Below, one piece after another: positions 39,208 to 51,939 of a stretch of DNA of 64,000 nucleotides (positions are counted from its first letter, which is position 1; each line of letters opens with the position of its first letter). The translations under genes and the position numbers were made by a program. Under the pieces are notes generated by a model that made no database searches, was not told the DNA's origin, and worked only from the letters and a program-made list of their open reading frames with translations. This DNA comes from Eledone cirrhosa (lineage: Eukaryota), in the NCBI GenBank assembly GCA_964016885.1, contig OZ024741.1, positions 101,246,001 to 101,310,000 on the forward strand, read 5' to 3'.

Positions 39208-40770
39208 AAGAGCAAAGCCTGGGCACGCTGCCCAGGCTTTGCTCTTCCCCTCAACCACATCATCTTCCGTATTCCCAATCTTTGCTCCCAAATACAGGAA
39301 GTCCTCAACCAATTCTAGCAGCTTTCCGCCTACATTAGTGATCCCCTCTGGCTTCTCAACATTCCCTACCAGATATTTTGTTTTAGTCTCATTCATTCGC
39401 AGCCCCACACTCATCGACACAGTCTCAACCTCTGCCTCCTTCACTGTATTTGTCACCAAAACTATGTCGTCGGCAAATTCAAATTCAGCATTTGATACCT
39501 TTTTCGCTTTAACTCTCCTGCTCTGAGCCGGTGCTACAGTAAAGCCAGAGTCCTGGTGTTTCTCCAGTGCAAGGCGCATACAATAGTCCATTACGATGAT
39601 AAAAAGGTAGGGAGGAAATGTATCTCCCTGGAGCACTCTAGCCAGTATCTCAAAGAACTCTGTCATCCCATCAGGTGTAATGACTTGGGCTTTGGTGTTG
39701 GTGTAGAGCAGTGATTTCAGGTCCACTATCTTCTTGGGTATTCCATAAGCCTGTAAGATCTTCATCAGGCAGTGACGGTCCACAGAATCAAAGGCCTTCC
39801 TAAAGTCAATGAAAACCATGACCGCAGGAAGGCACTTTGCTCTAGCTCCCTCTAATATCCTCCTCAGCATCAGGATGTGACTGGTGGTTCATCTTCCCTC
39901 TCTGAAGCCGTTCTGGTTGTCCCTGAGCTTCTTCTCCATCTCAGGCTGGATCCTGTTAAGAATCATCCTATTGAGGGTCTTTGCCACAAGTGACGTCAGT
40001 GAGATCCTCCTGTAGTTGTTGGTGTTAGAGAGATCTCCCTTCTTTGGCACTGGGACGATGTTACTGATCCTCCACTGATTCGGTGCAACTCCTTTCTCCA
40101 GTGCCCCGTTACAGAACCCCAGAATGATATCATCAAAATCACACCTCTTCATCACCTCTGATGCCACTCCATCTTCTCCATGAGCCTTGCCATCATTGAT
40201 CCTCTTCTTGGCTCTCTGAAGCTCCTCTCTGGTGAAGGGCTCTGTCTCAATATCCAGTTCTTCAAACAGCCGCCTGATCTCTCCAGCTTGAGATCGGTGT
40301 GGAAGTCAGACCTTCGTAAAGAACTGAAAATCCGTCTCTTCATTGCTGTAGTGGAGTCTGTGCTGCTGTACGGGTCCGAGACTTGGACACTGACCAAGAA
40401 ACTTACTCAGATGGTGGATGGGTGCTACACGAGAATGCTGAGGATGGCTCTGAACATTAATCAGTATACACTGAGGATGAAAAACTCAGAGCTGTATGGG
40501 AGCCTCCCAAAAGTCAGCTCAAAAGTGACACAGAGTAGACTGAGGTTAGCTGGATATGCTCACCGATATCCAGAGTTTACATTGCACTCAGTGCTCCTGT
40601 GGGAGCCCCTACATGGACACACTAGAAGAGGAAGACCAAGGTTAACGTATGTTGATGCCCTAAGGACAGACACTGGTCTGTTGGAGATGAAGGACATGGC
40701 GGTAATAATGAGGGACAGAGACCGCTGGAGAGAACTCGTCCATGGATCTCGGGAATTTTACCTGCCCTAG
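39208..40770. mobile_element. Second RTE-like LINE family, 5'-truncated with 5' inversion (RT on minus ~39226-40282, C-terminus on plus ~40283-40770)
   Basis: Minus: PKKGDLSNTNNYRRISL, QNGFREGR, FIDFRKAFDSV, QGDT, FADD, FLYLG, KAWAAC. Plus continues SLRSVWKSDLRKELKIRLFIAVVESVLLYGSETW...RLRLAGY...RRGRPRLTY. Confidence 0.9.
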
Positions 40771-40844
40771 AAATATATATATATATATTTATTTATTTAT
40801 ATATATATTTATTTATTTATTTATTTATTTATATATATATATAT

Positions 40845-42185
40845 TGAGACAATTGCAAGAGAGGTTCTTAGAGAAAAATAAGCCACTATACTTAGCCTTT
40901 GTTGACCTAGAGAAGGCCTTTGATAGGGTACCCCGATCTGTCATCTGGTGGTCCCTAAGGAAACTAGGTGTTGAGGAATGGCTTGTGAGGACAGTGCAAA
41001 TTTTGTACAGAGGTACTGTCAGTAAAGTCGAGGTAGGAATGGAGTTTAGTGAGGAATTCCAGATACAAGTAGGAGTACATCAAGGTTCGGTCCTCAGCCC
41101 GCTCTTGTTCATTATAGTCCCTCCAAGCCATAACAGAGGAGTTTAAGACTGGCTGTCCATGGGAACTTCTCTATGCTGACGGTCTGGTTCTTATAGCAGA
41201 ATCAGTAGAGGAGTTAGAGAATAAATTCTGGCTATGGAAACAGCAGTTGGAAGCAAGAGGACTGAGAGTGAACCTAGCTAAGACAAAAGTGTTGATGAGT
41301 AGAAAATAGGACAAAACTCTGATTCCGTCATGGAAATGGCCATGTTCGATATGCAGAAAAGGAACTGGCATAAATTCTATAAAATGCACACAATGCAGAT
41401 CCTGGGTACACAAGAGATGTAGCGGGATAGAAGGCAAACTTACAGGTAGGGAGAAATATGTATGCAGTAGATGTACAGGGAAATTAGACAGTAGAAGTCG
41501 CATTGATAGACACATTTTTCAAAGGCAGGTAGGTGCTATAGAAGTGGTGGATAGCTTCTGGTACCTAGGAGATCAGATTAGCATGGGAGGTGGGGGGGGG
41601 GGGGGTGTTCCAAGGCCATAGTATCTAGAATAAGGATGGGTTGGAAGAAGTTTAGGGAGCTGCTTCCTCTGCTAACGAAGAAGGGTTTCTCCCTGCATAC
41701 AAAAGGCCAGTTATATGATGATGTGTGAGGAGCGCGATGCAGCATGGTAGTGAGACATAGGCAGCAACTGCAGAGGATATGCGACGGCTGGAGAGAAATG
41801 AGGCAAGCATGCTCCGTTGGATGTGCAGTGTCAATGTGCGTGAACGACCCAGTATGAATGTGTTGAGAGAGAAACTGTCTGAGAGGGATAGAATGTAGTG
41901 TACGGGAGAAGAGACTGAGGTGGTATGGACATGTGATGCGCATGGAGGATGACCGATGGGTGAAGAAGTGCCAGGAAATGCCAGTTGAAGGAAGAGGTGG
42001 TAGAGGTAGACCACGAAAAACATGGGCGGAGGTGGTGATAACAGACCTCAGATCGCTGAAGCTCACGGTGGAGATGACAAGGGACCGTGACAAGTGGAGA
42101 GATGATGTGCTGAATAAGACCCCATCCCACCCTTGCAAGCAGGGAAGAGCGAACATAAAATGATGATGATGATGATGATGATGAT
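40845..42185 (+). mobile_element. RTE-like LINE 3' half (RT with PHD-type finger insertion, (GAT)n tail)
   Basis: LAFVDLEKAFDRVPR, GVHQGSVLSPLLF, LLYADG, WPCSIC..CTQC.SWVHKRC..CSRC, RLRWYGHVMRM, GRGRPRKTW. Frameshifted. Confidence 0.9.
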
Positions 42186-42192
42186 ATATATA

Positions 42193-42520
42193 TGGAGGCA
42201 CATGGCTTAGTTGTTAGAGCATTGGCCTTGCAATCGAAAGGTTGTGAGTTCAATTCTCAGACCGGGTGATGTGTTGTTTCCTTGAGCAAGACACTTTATT
42301 TCACATTGCTCCAGTTTACTCAGCTGTAGAAATGAGATGATAGGGACTGGGGTCCAAATCATTCCACTGCAAAGTGGTCGTGGAGGTGCCACAGCAAAAA
42401 AGCACCCAGCACTCACTGTAAATGAGGTTGGTGTTAGGAAGGGCATCCAGCTGTAGAAATCAAGCCAGAATCAGTTCCCGTCCCACCCTTACAAGCAGGG
42501 AAAAAGCGGACGTAAAATGA
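42193..42520 (+). mobile_element. tRNA-derived SINE whose 3' tail matches the adjacent LINE 3' end
   Basis: Head GGCACATGGCTTAGTTGTTAGAGC..GAGTTCAATTC (A/B-box-like). Tail CCCACCCTTACAAGCAGGGAAAAAGCGGACGTAAAATGA. Inverted near-identical copy at 57046-57360. Confidence 0.8.
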
Positions 42521-42526
42521 AATGAA

Positions 42527-42581
<55 letters not shown>

Positions 42582-42883
42582 TATATATGTATATGTACTA
42601 TCCAGCGAACCTCAACCATTAAGGTTGTCTTTATGCGGGTATGTCAATATTTATAAAACAAATTTGTATTTTATTTGATGAAAGCGCACCATAATTTGCC
42701 TTGGTTGCCCTTGAAATATATATAATAAAATAATTATGGTATTATAAATATAGTTTCCATTTATTAATATATTGAATATTTACTCCACTTATTTGTTGAG
42801 TGCTTTATATCAGTTATAAAAATGTTTAAGCTTGTTGAATCCCAACAAATTAAATATAACTTCTGCATATATATATATATATA

Positions 42884-42914
<31 letters not shown>

Positions 42915-42976
42915 CCCACTCTCAAGCGTGAACCAAATATTAATACTTTGTACTGCAATCTTCGTTATTGTTTTAA

Positions 42977-43032
<56 letters not shown>

Positions 43033-43074
43033 GAAAAGGGTCAGGACCCCGACGGCAGAGCTCAACCCGTTTTG

Positions 43075-44563
43075 ACGGCTATTTCTGGACTGAAATACAG
43101 GTCTTGTTGGTGGAACTCTGGATTAACACTATAGATGAGAGGGCCCAAATTCTCCACTCACACTATGCTAAACCCATGGACTCCAAATACCTGATACTCA
43201 AAAACTCAGCAACATCCAGTAGTGCTAAGTTCAATATTCTGATCACAGACTTGGTACGAGTGATGAAGAACATGTCCTGCATGTGCGACCCAACTGAAAT
43301 GGAAAGACACATCGAACACTTCATCAACCGCATGCAGTTCTCTGGCTACAACCAAAGAGACAGAATCAGAGTATACAAAGGAGCCGCGGAGAACATGAAA
43401 GGGATTTGCCCATTATACAGGAGCAAAACATGGAATAACTTAGATAGGACTTAACATAAGATAGGGAAAGCCACCTCATGGAACAACAACCAGAGATACC
43501 AGAGTGTCATGTTCGTGGATGCTACCCTTGGGGGGAAATTAGCTAACCAATGTAGAAACGCCCTAAGAAAGACCCACTTAAAGATTAGAGTGGTAGAAAA
43601 GCCAGGAACTACCATAAAATCACTGATCAGCAAAACATACCCCTTTAAGAAAACCCACTGTACTAATAAGAAATGTGTTATATGTAAAGTGAACTGCCAG
43701 ATAAACTGTATAACTAGAAGTGTAGTCTATAGTATAAGGTGTACAAAGGGTAATTGCAGAAACATGACAACGACATACATAGGTGAGACAGCTCGGAGCA
43801 TAGGAGAAAGAATAGACCAACACTGGGGGGAACTAAAAGGACAAAAAAACGGTTCAGTACTATATGAACATGCCAGACAAAGACATGACGGTAATATAGA
43901 CAACATAGAAATTAAAATAATATCTAAACATAGAAATGATCCGACAGGTAGGTAAATCAGAGAAGCGAGTGAAATAGAGCTTAGAAAACCAAAGTTTAAC
44001 AGAAAAAACGAATGGAATAACAATAACAACAACAACCGTACCCCAAAAAACAATACTGACTTAAGAGAAATATAAATAAATAAATAAATAAATATATACA
44101 CAAATACAATAACAACAAACACATATAAACACACACTAGTAAACAAAGATAGAATACAAAAGCCAAAACACATACACCCAAACACGAACACACACATCAA
44201 ACATTATACACACACGCAAACGCATGCACAGAGACGAAGACAAAAATAAAATAAAAATAAATAAATAAAATAAAAATTATAATAGTATCACTGATGATGT
44301 TGCAGATGTACAACGAAAGAACTTTGTTAGACTATATATATATTTATATCTGTATTTTTAACCGATGGTCAGTCAATGATAAACATTGACTGCCAAATAA
44401 ATTAACTATGGAGATATAAAAGATGCAGAAGCGAAAACCAACCAAACAGTGAGTGTGTTCTGTTATTATTTCTGGCAATATTATTACAACAATATGACCC
44501 TCCCCAAGTATAACAATATTTGTTTCGACACACGATTTCATATCAAAAACCTTGCAAAACAAA
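43075..44563 (+). mobile_element. Penelope-like element 3' half (RT thumb/linker + GIY-YIG endonuclease + pLTR)
   Basis: HYAKPMDSKYLI..SA....KFNILITDLVRVMKN..FINRMQFSGY and VVYSIRC..TYIGETARSIGERIDQH..RNDP. The terminal ~70 bp are homologous to 28125-28195. Confidence 0.88.
44287..44328 (+). ncRNA. Hammerhead ribozyme motif in PLE pLTR (second copy)
   Basis: ATCA-CTGATGA-T-GTTG(CAGATGTA)CAAC-GAAA-GAAC-TT-TGTT. Same position in the element as the 27485 copy, with a different but still paired stem II. Confidence 0.6.
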
Positions 44564-44859
44564 TATGTATATATATATATATATATGGATTGTACAAATG
44601 TGTCCTTGCCTCCATCACCAACAAATTCAAATATATATATATTACCCGTCTAACCCATGCTAGCGTGAAATAATGGACGTAAAACAGTGATGATGATGAT
44701 GATTTGAATTTGTTTTGCAAGATTTCTTATCTGAAAACTTGTGTTGATCAGCTGATCGATGGTGAAATGCGCCTCACAGGTGAATAACATATGTACAGGT
44801 GGACAAAATATACTAAACTGATACTTCATTCCCACATACTGATATATATATATATATAT

Positions 44860-45060
44860 ATTGTTATACTTTGAGTGGGTCATGCTGTCAATAAAAACAC
44901 ACGCATCTGTTAGTTTTCACTCCATTTATTATAAATTTCCGGTTGGTTCGTTGAATAACCGGATGGTTGTTTATATATTGTCAAAGCTCTTTCATCACAC
45001 ATTCTGTGACCTCCCCAGTGACTGGGTTTTTATTTTGTGCCCCTCCTTTTTCTGTCCAAT
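44860..45060 (-). mobile_element. Solo PLE pLTR fragment with a degenerate hammerhead (CTGGGGA core, 44980-45022)
   Basis: Homologous to 27332-27570. Confidence 0.7.
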
Positions 45061-45401
45061 ACACAAAAACAATACATATTGGGAAAAGGGCAGGGTATCA
45101 CTGATAATATCAACTGTAATACAGAACCAGATTTGGTACTTTAATTCATCAGCCCAAGAAGTGCAAAAGGCAAAATCACCCCCATCTCCTACAAGATTTT
45201 GAACTCTGGATCATAAAGGGATATAACTAAGTAATGTCCCAACGATCTACTGATGGTACAGTCTCTTTTCGTTTAAATTGTTAAATGATAATTGTAAAAT
45301 AATATATACAATTTTTTTTACAAAATTTTGTTTTATTTAAACAGATTATATAAATATTTGTAAATAAATGCATAAATTGGATAGAAATATATATATATGT
45401 G

Positions 45402-45458
<57 letters not shown>

Positions 45459-45664
45459 ATGTGTGTTAAAGCTATGAAATTACACCAGTGATATCAGGGC
45501 CCAGGAGTTTTGTGGCTTGTTCGAGCTGGTAATAATAGTGAAATCAGGCTTGTATGTATGTAAGTATATATATATATAATACAAGTAAGAAGTAACTATA
45601 AGGTTGAATCAAATATGTACAAACACACAGATGTCTGTAGATTTATACACATACACCACACAAA

Positions 45665-45702
<38 letters not shown>

Positions 45703-46979
45703 CACACACACACATCATATATATATACCTTAAGATTGTATCAAATACATACATACACACACGCATATATATATATGTATGAATATATAAAGATTATATT
45801 TGCATGTATACATGTATGTATTCCACAGCACTCTATATGTTTAATATTTGAATTTTTCCTACATCATTCAATATTCAATAATTAAGCCAAGTAGCAAACG
45901 AAAAATTATTTTGATCCCCACCTGCTACCCTTACTGTGTGGGGAAATATTGCAGCTTTGGTTTCTATAATTAACCACACCTACAGAAGATGTGAGCAGAA
46001 TTTGATGTTTAAAAAAAGGTTAAAGTTTGTTCCATATCTAGGGGTTCATCATGCCAGAGTTTAATTGGAGTTAATCAACTTAGAGTACAAGAATACTCCT
46101 TGGATAGGACGCCAGTCCACAATAGGATTAACCCCCCAGCTGTTGCTGGAATTCATTTTAAACTGAGTTGATGATTGGAGTGATGTAAAATGAAGTGCGT
46201 CACTCAAGAACACACATGCTACCCTACCCAAGAATTGAACTCATCATAATCCAGTTGTAAGCCAATGCTCTAACCAAATACAAGCAAGCTAGAAAAAGGT
46301 TACAACTTATTATAGACAACACAACAAAAGAAATAAAAACAAATGCAGTGAACCTTCCAGGTCAGGAAATCACAGGAGGTCACTTTAAAATGTTACATTC
46401 TTTTACTGCTGGCTTTTCAGTACTTATTTTTAGTCTGGTACTCATATATTACTCTACATTTTTAATGTAGAGTAATAAAACTGATATATATTTTATGTCA
46501 TAACTTCATGCACCCATTTGTACACATACACACACACGTGTGCATGATGGGCTCCTGTACAGTTTCTGTCAACCAAAGTTTACACAAAAGATATTGGTCA
46601 ACTCAAAAGTATAATGGGTTTGAATCCAGAACCACATAGCTGCAAAGAAAACTTCTTAATCACAAGACTATGCATGCACTTTACATAAGTTGTTTACTTT
46701 TTTAAAATCAACAACCCATCATTCAAATGGTTTTGATCCAATCTTCATTTGAATATTAGGAGAAGACCAAAACCAATATTTTCATATAACAGTTGATAAC
46801 CTTCTTCACCAGACCACATCTTTACCGTTTGACATATATACCTCAGGGTTTTTTGTGTGTGAAATATTTAAACTCTGCTCTTTGGTTACATCTGCAACAG
46901 TCAAAATCACCCACATCTTTACCTATTTATTTTACATTAGCTACAAAGTCATACAAGCAGCCAGAACAGCAGCTGTGAA

Positions 46980-47310
46980 CACTACAGAATTAAAATCAGT
47001 GTAAGGATGACAAGCGATATCAGTAAGGCATACTCTTGAAATGCTGGATATTACTATCAATAAACAGCTGCACAAGCACACCACAAAGTTCACATACTTA
47101 GCAAGCATATTTGCTGAGGATGGGAAGCTAGACAGAGAAATAGAAACTAGAGTTCAGATGACAATAAACAGTTCTCTAACAACTCTTCTAAACCAATCAA
47201 GCATACCTATGGAGTCTAAAACCGAACTGATCAACTCAATTTTGTCTTTAGCCTGACTTATCAGTGCCAGATTTAGACTCTGAATAAAACTCTGAAGTGA
47301 AAGTCACATG
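46980..47310 (+). mobile_element. LINE RT C-terminal fragment
   Basis: KFTYLASIFAEDGKLDREIETRVQ..SKTELINSIL..LTYQCQ. Confidence 0.6.
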
Positions 47311-47726
47311 TGAGATAGTCAATCAGTTGAGATAGTCAATCAGTTGAACAACCAATGAATTACTGGTATTTAATTTACTAAAACTGGAGAGACAAAAGAT
47401 AAAGAGCCAATTCTGAAAGGATTTGATATGAATTGAGAATGAAGAGGATAGGAAGTAAATGGCAATTTCTAACACCAGTAAAAAGATGTGTGTAGGTGTG
47501 GGAAGAAGGGTACATCTAATTTAGATACAAGGACATAAAATGTGTGTAGAGGAGGTAATATATATATATATATATACATACATACAATAGTGAACACGTG
47601 TGTGTGTGTGTATGTAACAAATATTGTTTTTTTACATTATATGTATATATACAAATATGTATATTCATTTGAAACCAACCAGTTTGGCAAATAACTTAAA
47701 ATGAAAAACCTTATAGCATTATATAG

Positions 47727-47900
47727 TAATTGTTTCTACTTTTGGCACAAGGCCAGCAATTATTCCAGTTCATTACTGGTACTTTATTTTATCGACCCCG
47801 TAAGGATGAAAGGCAAAGATAACCTCCGTGGGATTTGAACTCAGGCCGTAACTCTATGCTGCAAAGCGTGGTGTCCAACCTTTTACTGATACTGCCAATA
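47727..47900 (-). mobile_element. tRNA-derived SINE (GATAAAATAAAGTACCAG family)
   Basis: Reverse complement of the 58878/59276 copies. Degenerate relatives at ~33640, 36650, 37005, 45130, 61110, 61770 and 63800. Confidence 0.75.
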
Positions 47901-49350
47901 TATAACATTATATAATAATGAAGGAAAGCATTATATTTTAACAGGCTGTTGTTGTTATTGCTACTACTGTAGTTATTTATTTGTTGTTGTTGCTACTACT
48001 GTTATTATTTATTTGTTGTTGCTACTACTGTAGTTACTTATTTGTTTGTTATTGTTGTTGCTACTACTGTTGTTATTGTTGTTGGTACTACCTTGTTTGT
48101 TATTGCTGTTGCTAAGGGTTGTATTTTCTTGTTTCCTCTCCAACGGACGTTGGCTGAAGACAATGGACGTTACTTTTATTTTGTTTTTATCACAATTTTC
48201 ATTTCAAAATTACAATGTTGTATAAAATACTGATTCATTTTGATAAGATAGAGTTGATGGAATCACATCACTTTTTATTTATTATTACTGTTTAGTAATT
48301 TATTGACTCTATTCACCTCCATTCATCTACACTACACACCTCCCATCCCAGTCAATACCAGCAGGCTTTGATCACAGAAGCAGGAAGTACTTATGTTATC
48401 ATAGTTGATGTTCTCCTCATAAATCCTGAGCAAGATTTCATTTGAAACAACTCAGTGTTTAGCTCCAACAGTTCCAGACTGGTAAGTGAATGAGAGTTAA
48501 ATCTTCCATAACAAACATGCACACATAAAACTACATAGCTTCTGGCAGCTGTCTTTTGCAAGTAACATTACCACATGAACGAATATCTATACCCAACAGT
48601 TAAGTGAAATTACATAATGCAGAATAAGGTGTTTTGTCCTGGAAGCACAACAAAATGGCTAACAGTTAACATTCCCTTTAAATTGATCCACATCAGTTCA
48701 GAGATCAGATATGCAAGGAGGGACCTATTAATGTCTGATGTTTTCTCTGAAAAGTAAAAATAAACACTAAATTTTCAGAGCCCACTCTTTCTCCTGCCCT
48801 GAAATGGCTCTTCTCCTCCCATGCAAATTTTCTGCTTGAATGATATGTATAATATATCATCATCATCATCATCATCATCTATATATAATAATATGTATAA
48901 TATCTAGGAACAGTGAAAGCATATGGCTTAGTGGTTAGGGTGTTTGGCTCATGATTGTAAAGGCATGAGTTTGATTCCCAGAGATCTGTTATTTCATATT
49001 GCATCAGTCCACTCAGCCCACAAAACTGAGTTCTATCTGCAATTCAAAGAATCAGCTTTGTCACGCTGAATCTCCCTGAGAACTACATTAAAGGCAGATA
49101 TGTCTGTGGAATGCTCAGGTACTTGCACGGTAATTTCATGAGCAGACTGATTGCAGCCTGCCCCTCCCCCTCACACACACAGGAACAAATTGTGTAATAT
49201 ATTTGTATTTGAGCTCAGAAGAAAATTCTCTATTCTTCTTTGAGCTAATATTATTATTATTACTGTGAACTGCGGAATACTCTTAATTCCGATCCTCGTA
49301 TATATATACTTAATTTATATATATAACGGAACATACTCTACCAATTCTGC

Positions 49351-49411
<61 letters not shown>

Positions 49412-49414
49412 GAG

Positions 49415-50570
49415 ATGGCTTCGTTGTGTTGTTACAGTACAGCAATGGCTTCCTTGCATTGTCACAACACAGTCATGGCTTTATTGTGTTGTCACAACAC
49501 AGCCATGGCCCTATTGTGTTGTCACAACACAGCTATGGCCCTATTGTGTTGTCACAACACAGCCATGGCCCTATTGTGTTGTCACAACACAGCAATGGCT
49601 TCCTTGCGTTGTCACAACACAGCCATGGCCCTATTGTGTTGTCACAACACAGCCATGGCCCTATTGTGTTGTCACAACACAGCTATGGCCCTATTGTGTT
49701 GTCACAACACAGCCATGGCCCTATTGTGTTGTCACAACACAGCAATGGCTTCCTTGCGTTGTCACAACACAGCCATGGCCCTATTGTGTTGTCACAACAC
49801 AGCCATGGCCCTATTGTGTTGTCACAACACAGCTATGGCCCTATTGTGTTGTCACAACACAGCCATGGCCCTATTGTGTTGTCACAACACAGCCATGGCC
49901 CTATTGTGTTGTCACAACACAGCCATGGCCCTATTGTGTTGTCACAACACAGCCATGGCCCTATTGTGTTGTCACAACACAGTCATGGCTTTATTGTGTT
50001 GTCACAACACAGCCATGGCCCTATTGTGTTGTCACAACACAGCCATGGCCCTATTGTGTTGTCACAACACAGCTATGGCCCTATTGTGTTGTCACAACAC
50101 AGCCATGGCCCTATTGTGTTGTCACAACACAGCCATGGCCCTATTGTGTTGTCACAACACAGCCATGGCCCTATTGTGTTGTCACAACACAGCCATGGCC
50201 CTATTGTGTTGTCACAACACAGCCATGGCCCTATTGTGTTGTCACAACACAGCCATGGCCCTATTGTGTTGTCACAACACAGCTATGGCCCTATTGTGTT
50301 GTCACAACACAGACATGGCCCTATTGTGTTGTCACAACACAGCCATGGCCCTATTGTGTTGTCACAACATGGCCATGGCCCTATTGTGTTGTCACAACAT
50401 GGCCATGGCCCTATTGTATTGTCACAACACAGCTATGGCCCTATTGTGTTGTCACAACACAGCCATGGCCTTATTGTGTTGTCACAACACAGCCATGGCC
50501 CTATTGTGTTGTCACAACACAGCCATGGCCTTATTGTGTTGTCACAACATGGCCATGCTTTCATTGTGTT
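49415..50570. repeat. 30-bp minisatellite AGCCATGGCCCTATTGTGTTGTCACAACAC, about 38 copies
   Basis: Read directly. Fixed 30-bp period with no indels; 150-bp higher-order pattern at 49441/49591/49741. Confidence 0.98.
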
Positions 50571-50819
50571 CTGAAAATTGTTTTTCATTGGATCATTCTA
50601 TAGATATAATAGAGTATCAATACTGTTTAGTGCGCAATTAATTACTGTGTGTGTGTGTAATTAATGTGTGCGTATATGTGTGTGTATATATGTGTGTGTG
50701 TGTATGTATGTGTATAACTGCTTCATTATCAAAATATTACAAAAACAACAACATCAAATACAACAAATGATTCAAAGGTGTGTGTATAAAACATTGCTTG
50801 AGCTTTCATAGGAGTATCC

Positions 50820-51114
50820 CTATAACCACTTCCTAATTTTGTTTTCTTGTTTGTTGACATATTTCAGTTGACTTTTTGGTAACTTGTCAAAGAACAAAAG
50901 ACCGGCTGCTCGTTCAATTTTCTCGATGTCTATGGTGAAATATTTCAGTAATTTATCATTACTTTGAGTTGCATTAGGGAGCATGAAAGACAGTAATTCA
51001 AATTCTCCATCATTATTTTCAATCAACATTACTTTAAAGAAATGTGTCGGAACTGCTACATGGTTTTTACCAATTACTTCATACTTTATGTAGATCTTGC
51101 CATCAGGTGCCGCT
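50820..51114 (-). CDS. ENDOG: Endonuclease G exon 3 (last coding exon)
   Basis: Acceptor TTCTGTTGCAG|A. Reads (R)AAPDGKIYIKYEVIGKNHVAVPTHFFKV...IERAAGLLFF..KWL*. Phase matches exon 2 (AG+A=Arg). Confidence 0.93.
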
Positions 51115-51939
51115 CTGCAACAGAAGAAAGCATAAAATGTAATGAAGAAAATGTTTGTGTGTGAGAATGTGTATGTGTTCACAAAGGTTCTGTCATTAAC
51201 CCTATTCTATTCATTATAGCAGTAGTTTCCAGGCTGGGGGGTCCACAGAGCTAGGACGGGGGGCTGGGGGTGTCTGTTATTTCAATAACATATATATTAG
51301 TGTGTAAGTCACACTGCTGTCCACAAAAATGCAACTTATCTACTGGACCTACAAAACCTCAATACAAAATATGATACATTGTAAATGCTTTCTGTAAAAT
51401 GGTGGTGTGACCTATACAGAAGTGATGGTATAGCAATAACAATGATGAAAATGACATATAAAATTTATTAAAATGATAACAATATATTACCCCAAGGAAT
51501 ACAGAGAGTGAGTGTGTGTGAATATGTGTGCTTATGTGCATACAAGTGTGTGTATGCATACATATATGTGTGTGTATTTTGTTTTTATTTCTATTTCTGT
51601 CAACAGTAGATACATCCTGGTTTAAACTGCATTGTTCGATATATTGGTTAATAAGTTTAATCAATAACTGTCTCAGATTCACTGCAGAGAAAACCATTAC
51701 AAACTCAACAGTTGACATTTATATTATGTGAATTCAAATTTCTTCACCTACTCTTGGGTCGTAATTAATCATCCCCAACCCCCGACTAATTCTAGTTTTT
51801 AAAAAAACAACTGAGACAACCTATAAAAATTACTGATTTTCCACTCCCACCCCTATTATTTGGGACCCGAGAATACACAAAAAAAGAGGTGAAGATAGAG
51901 ATGCCTATCTATCTATATATATATATAATTATATATATA

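Noticed and set aside
42193-42262. tRNA gene candidates (also ~48918, 55378, 58878, 59276, 61945)
   Set aside because: A/B-box-like heads continue into SINE bodies, with no complete cloverleaf or terminator.
49415-50570. CRISPR-like appearance of the 30-bp palindromic repeat
   Set aside because: Units are head-to-tail with no unique spacers, there are no cas genes, and the context is eukaryotic.
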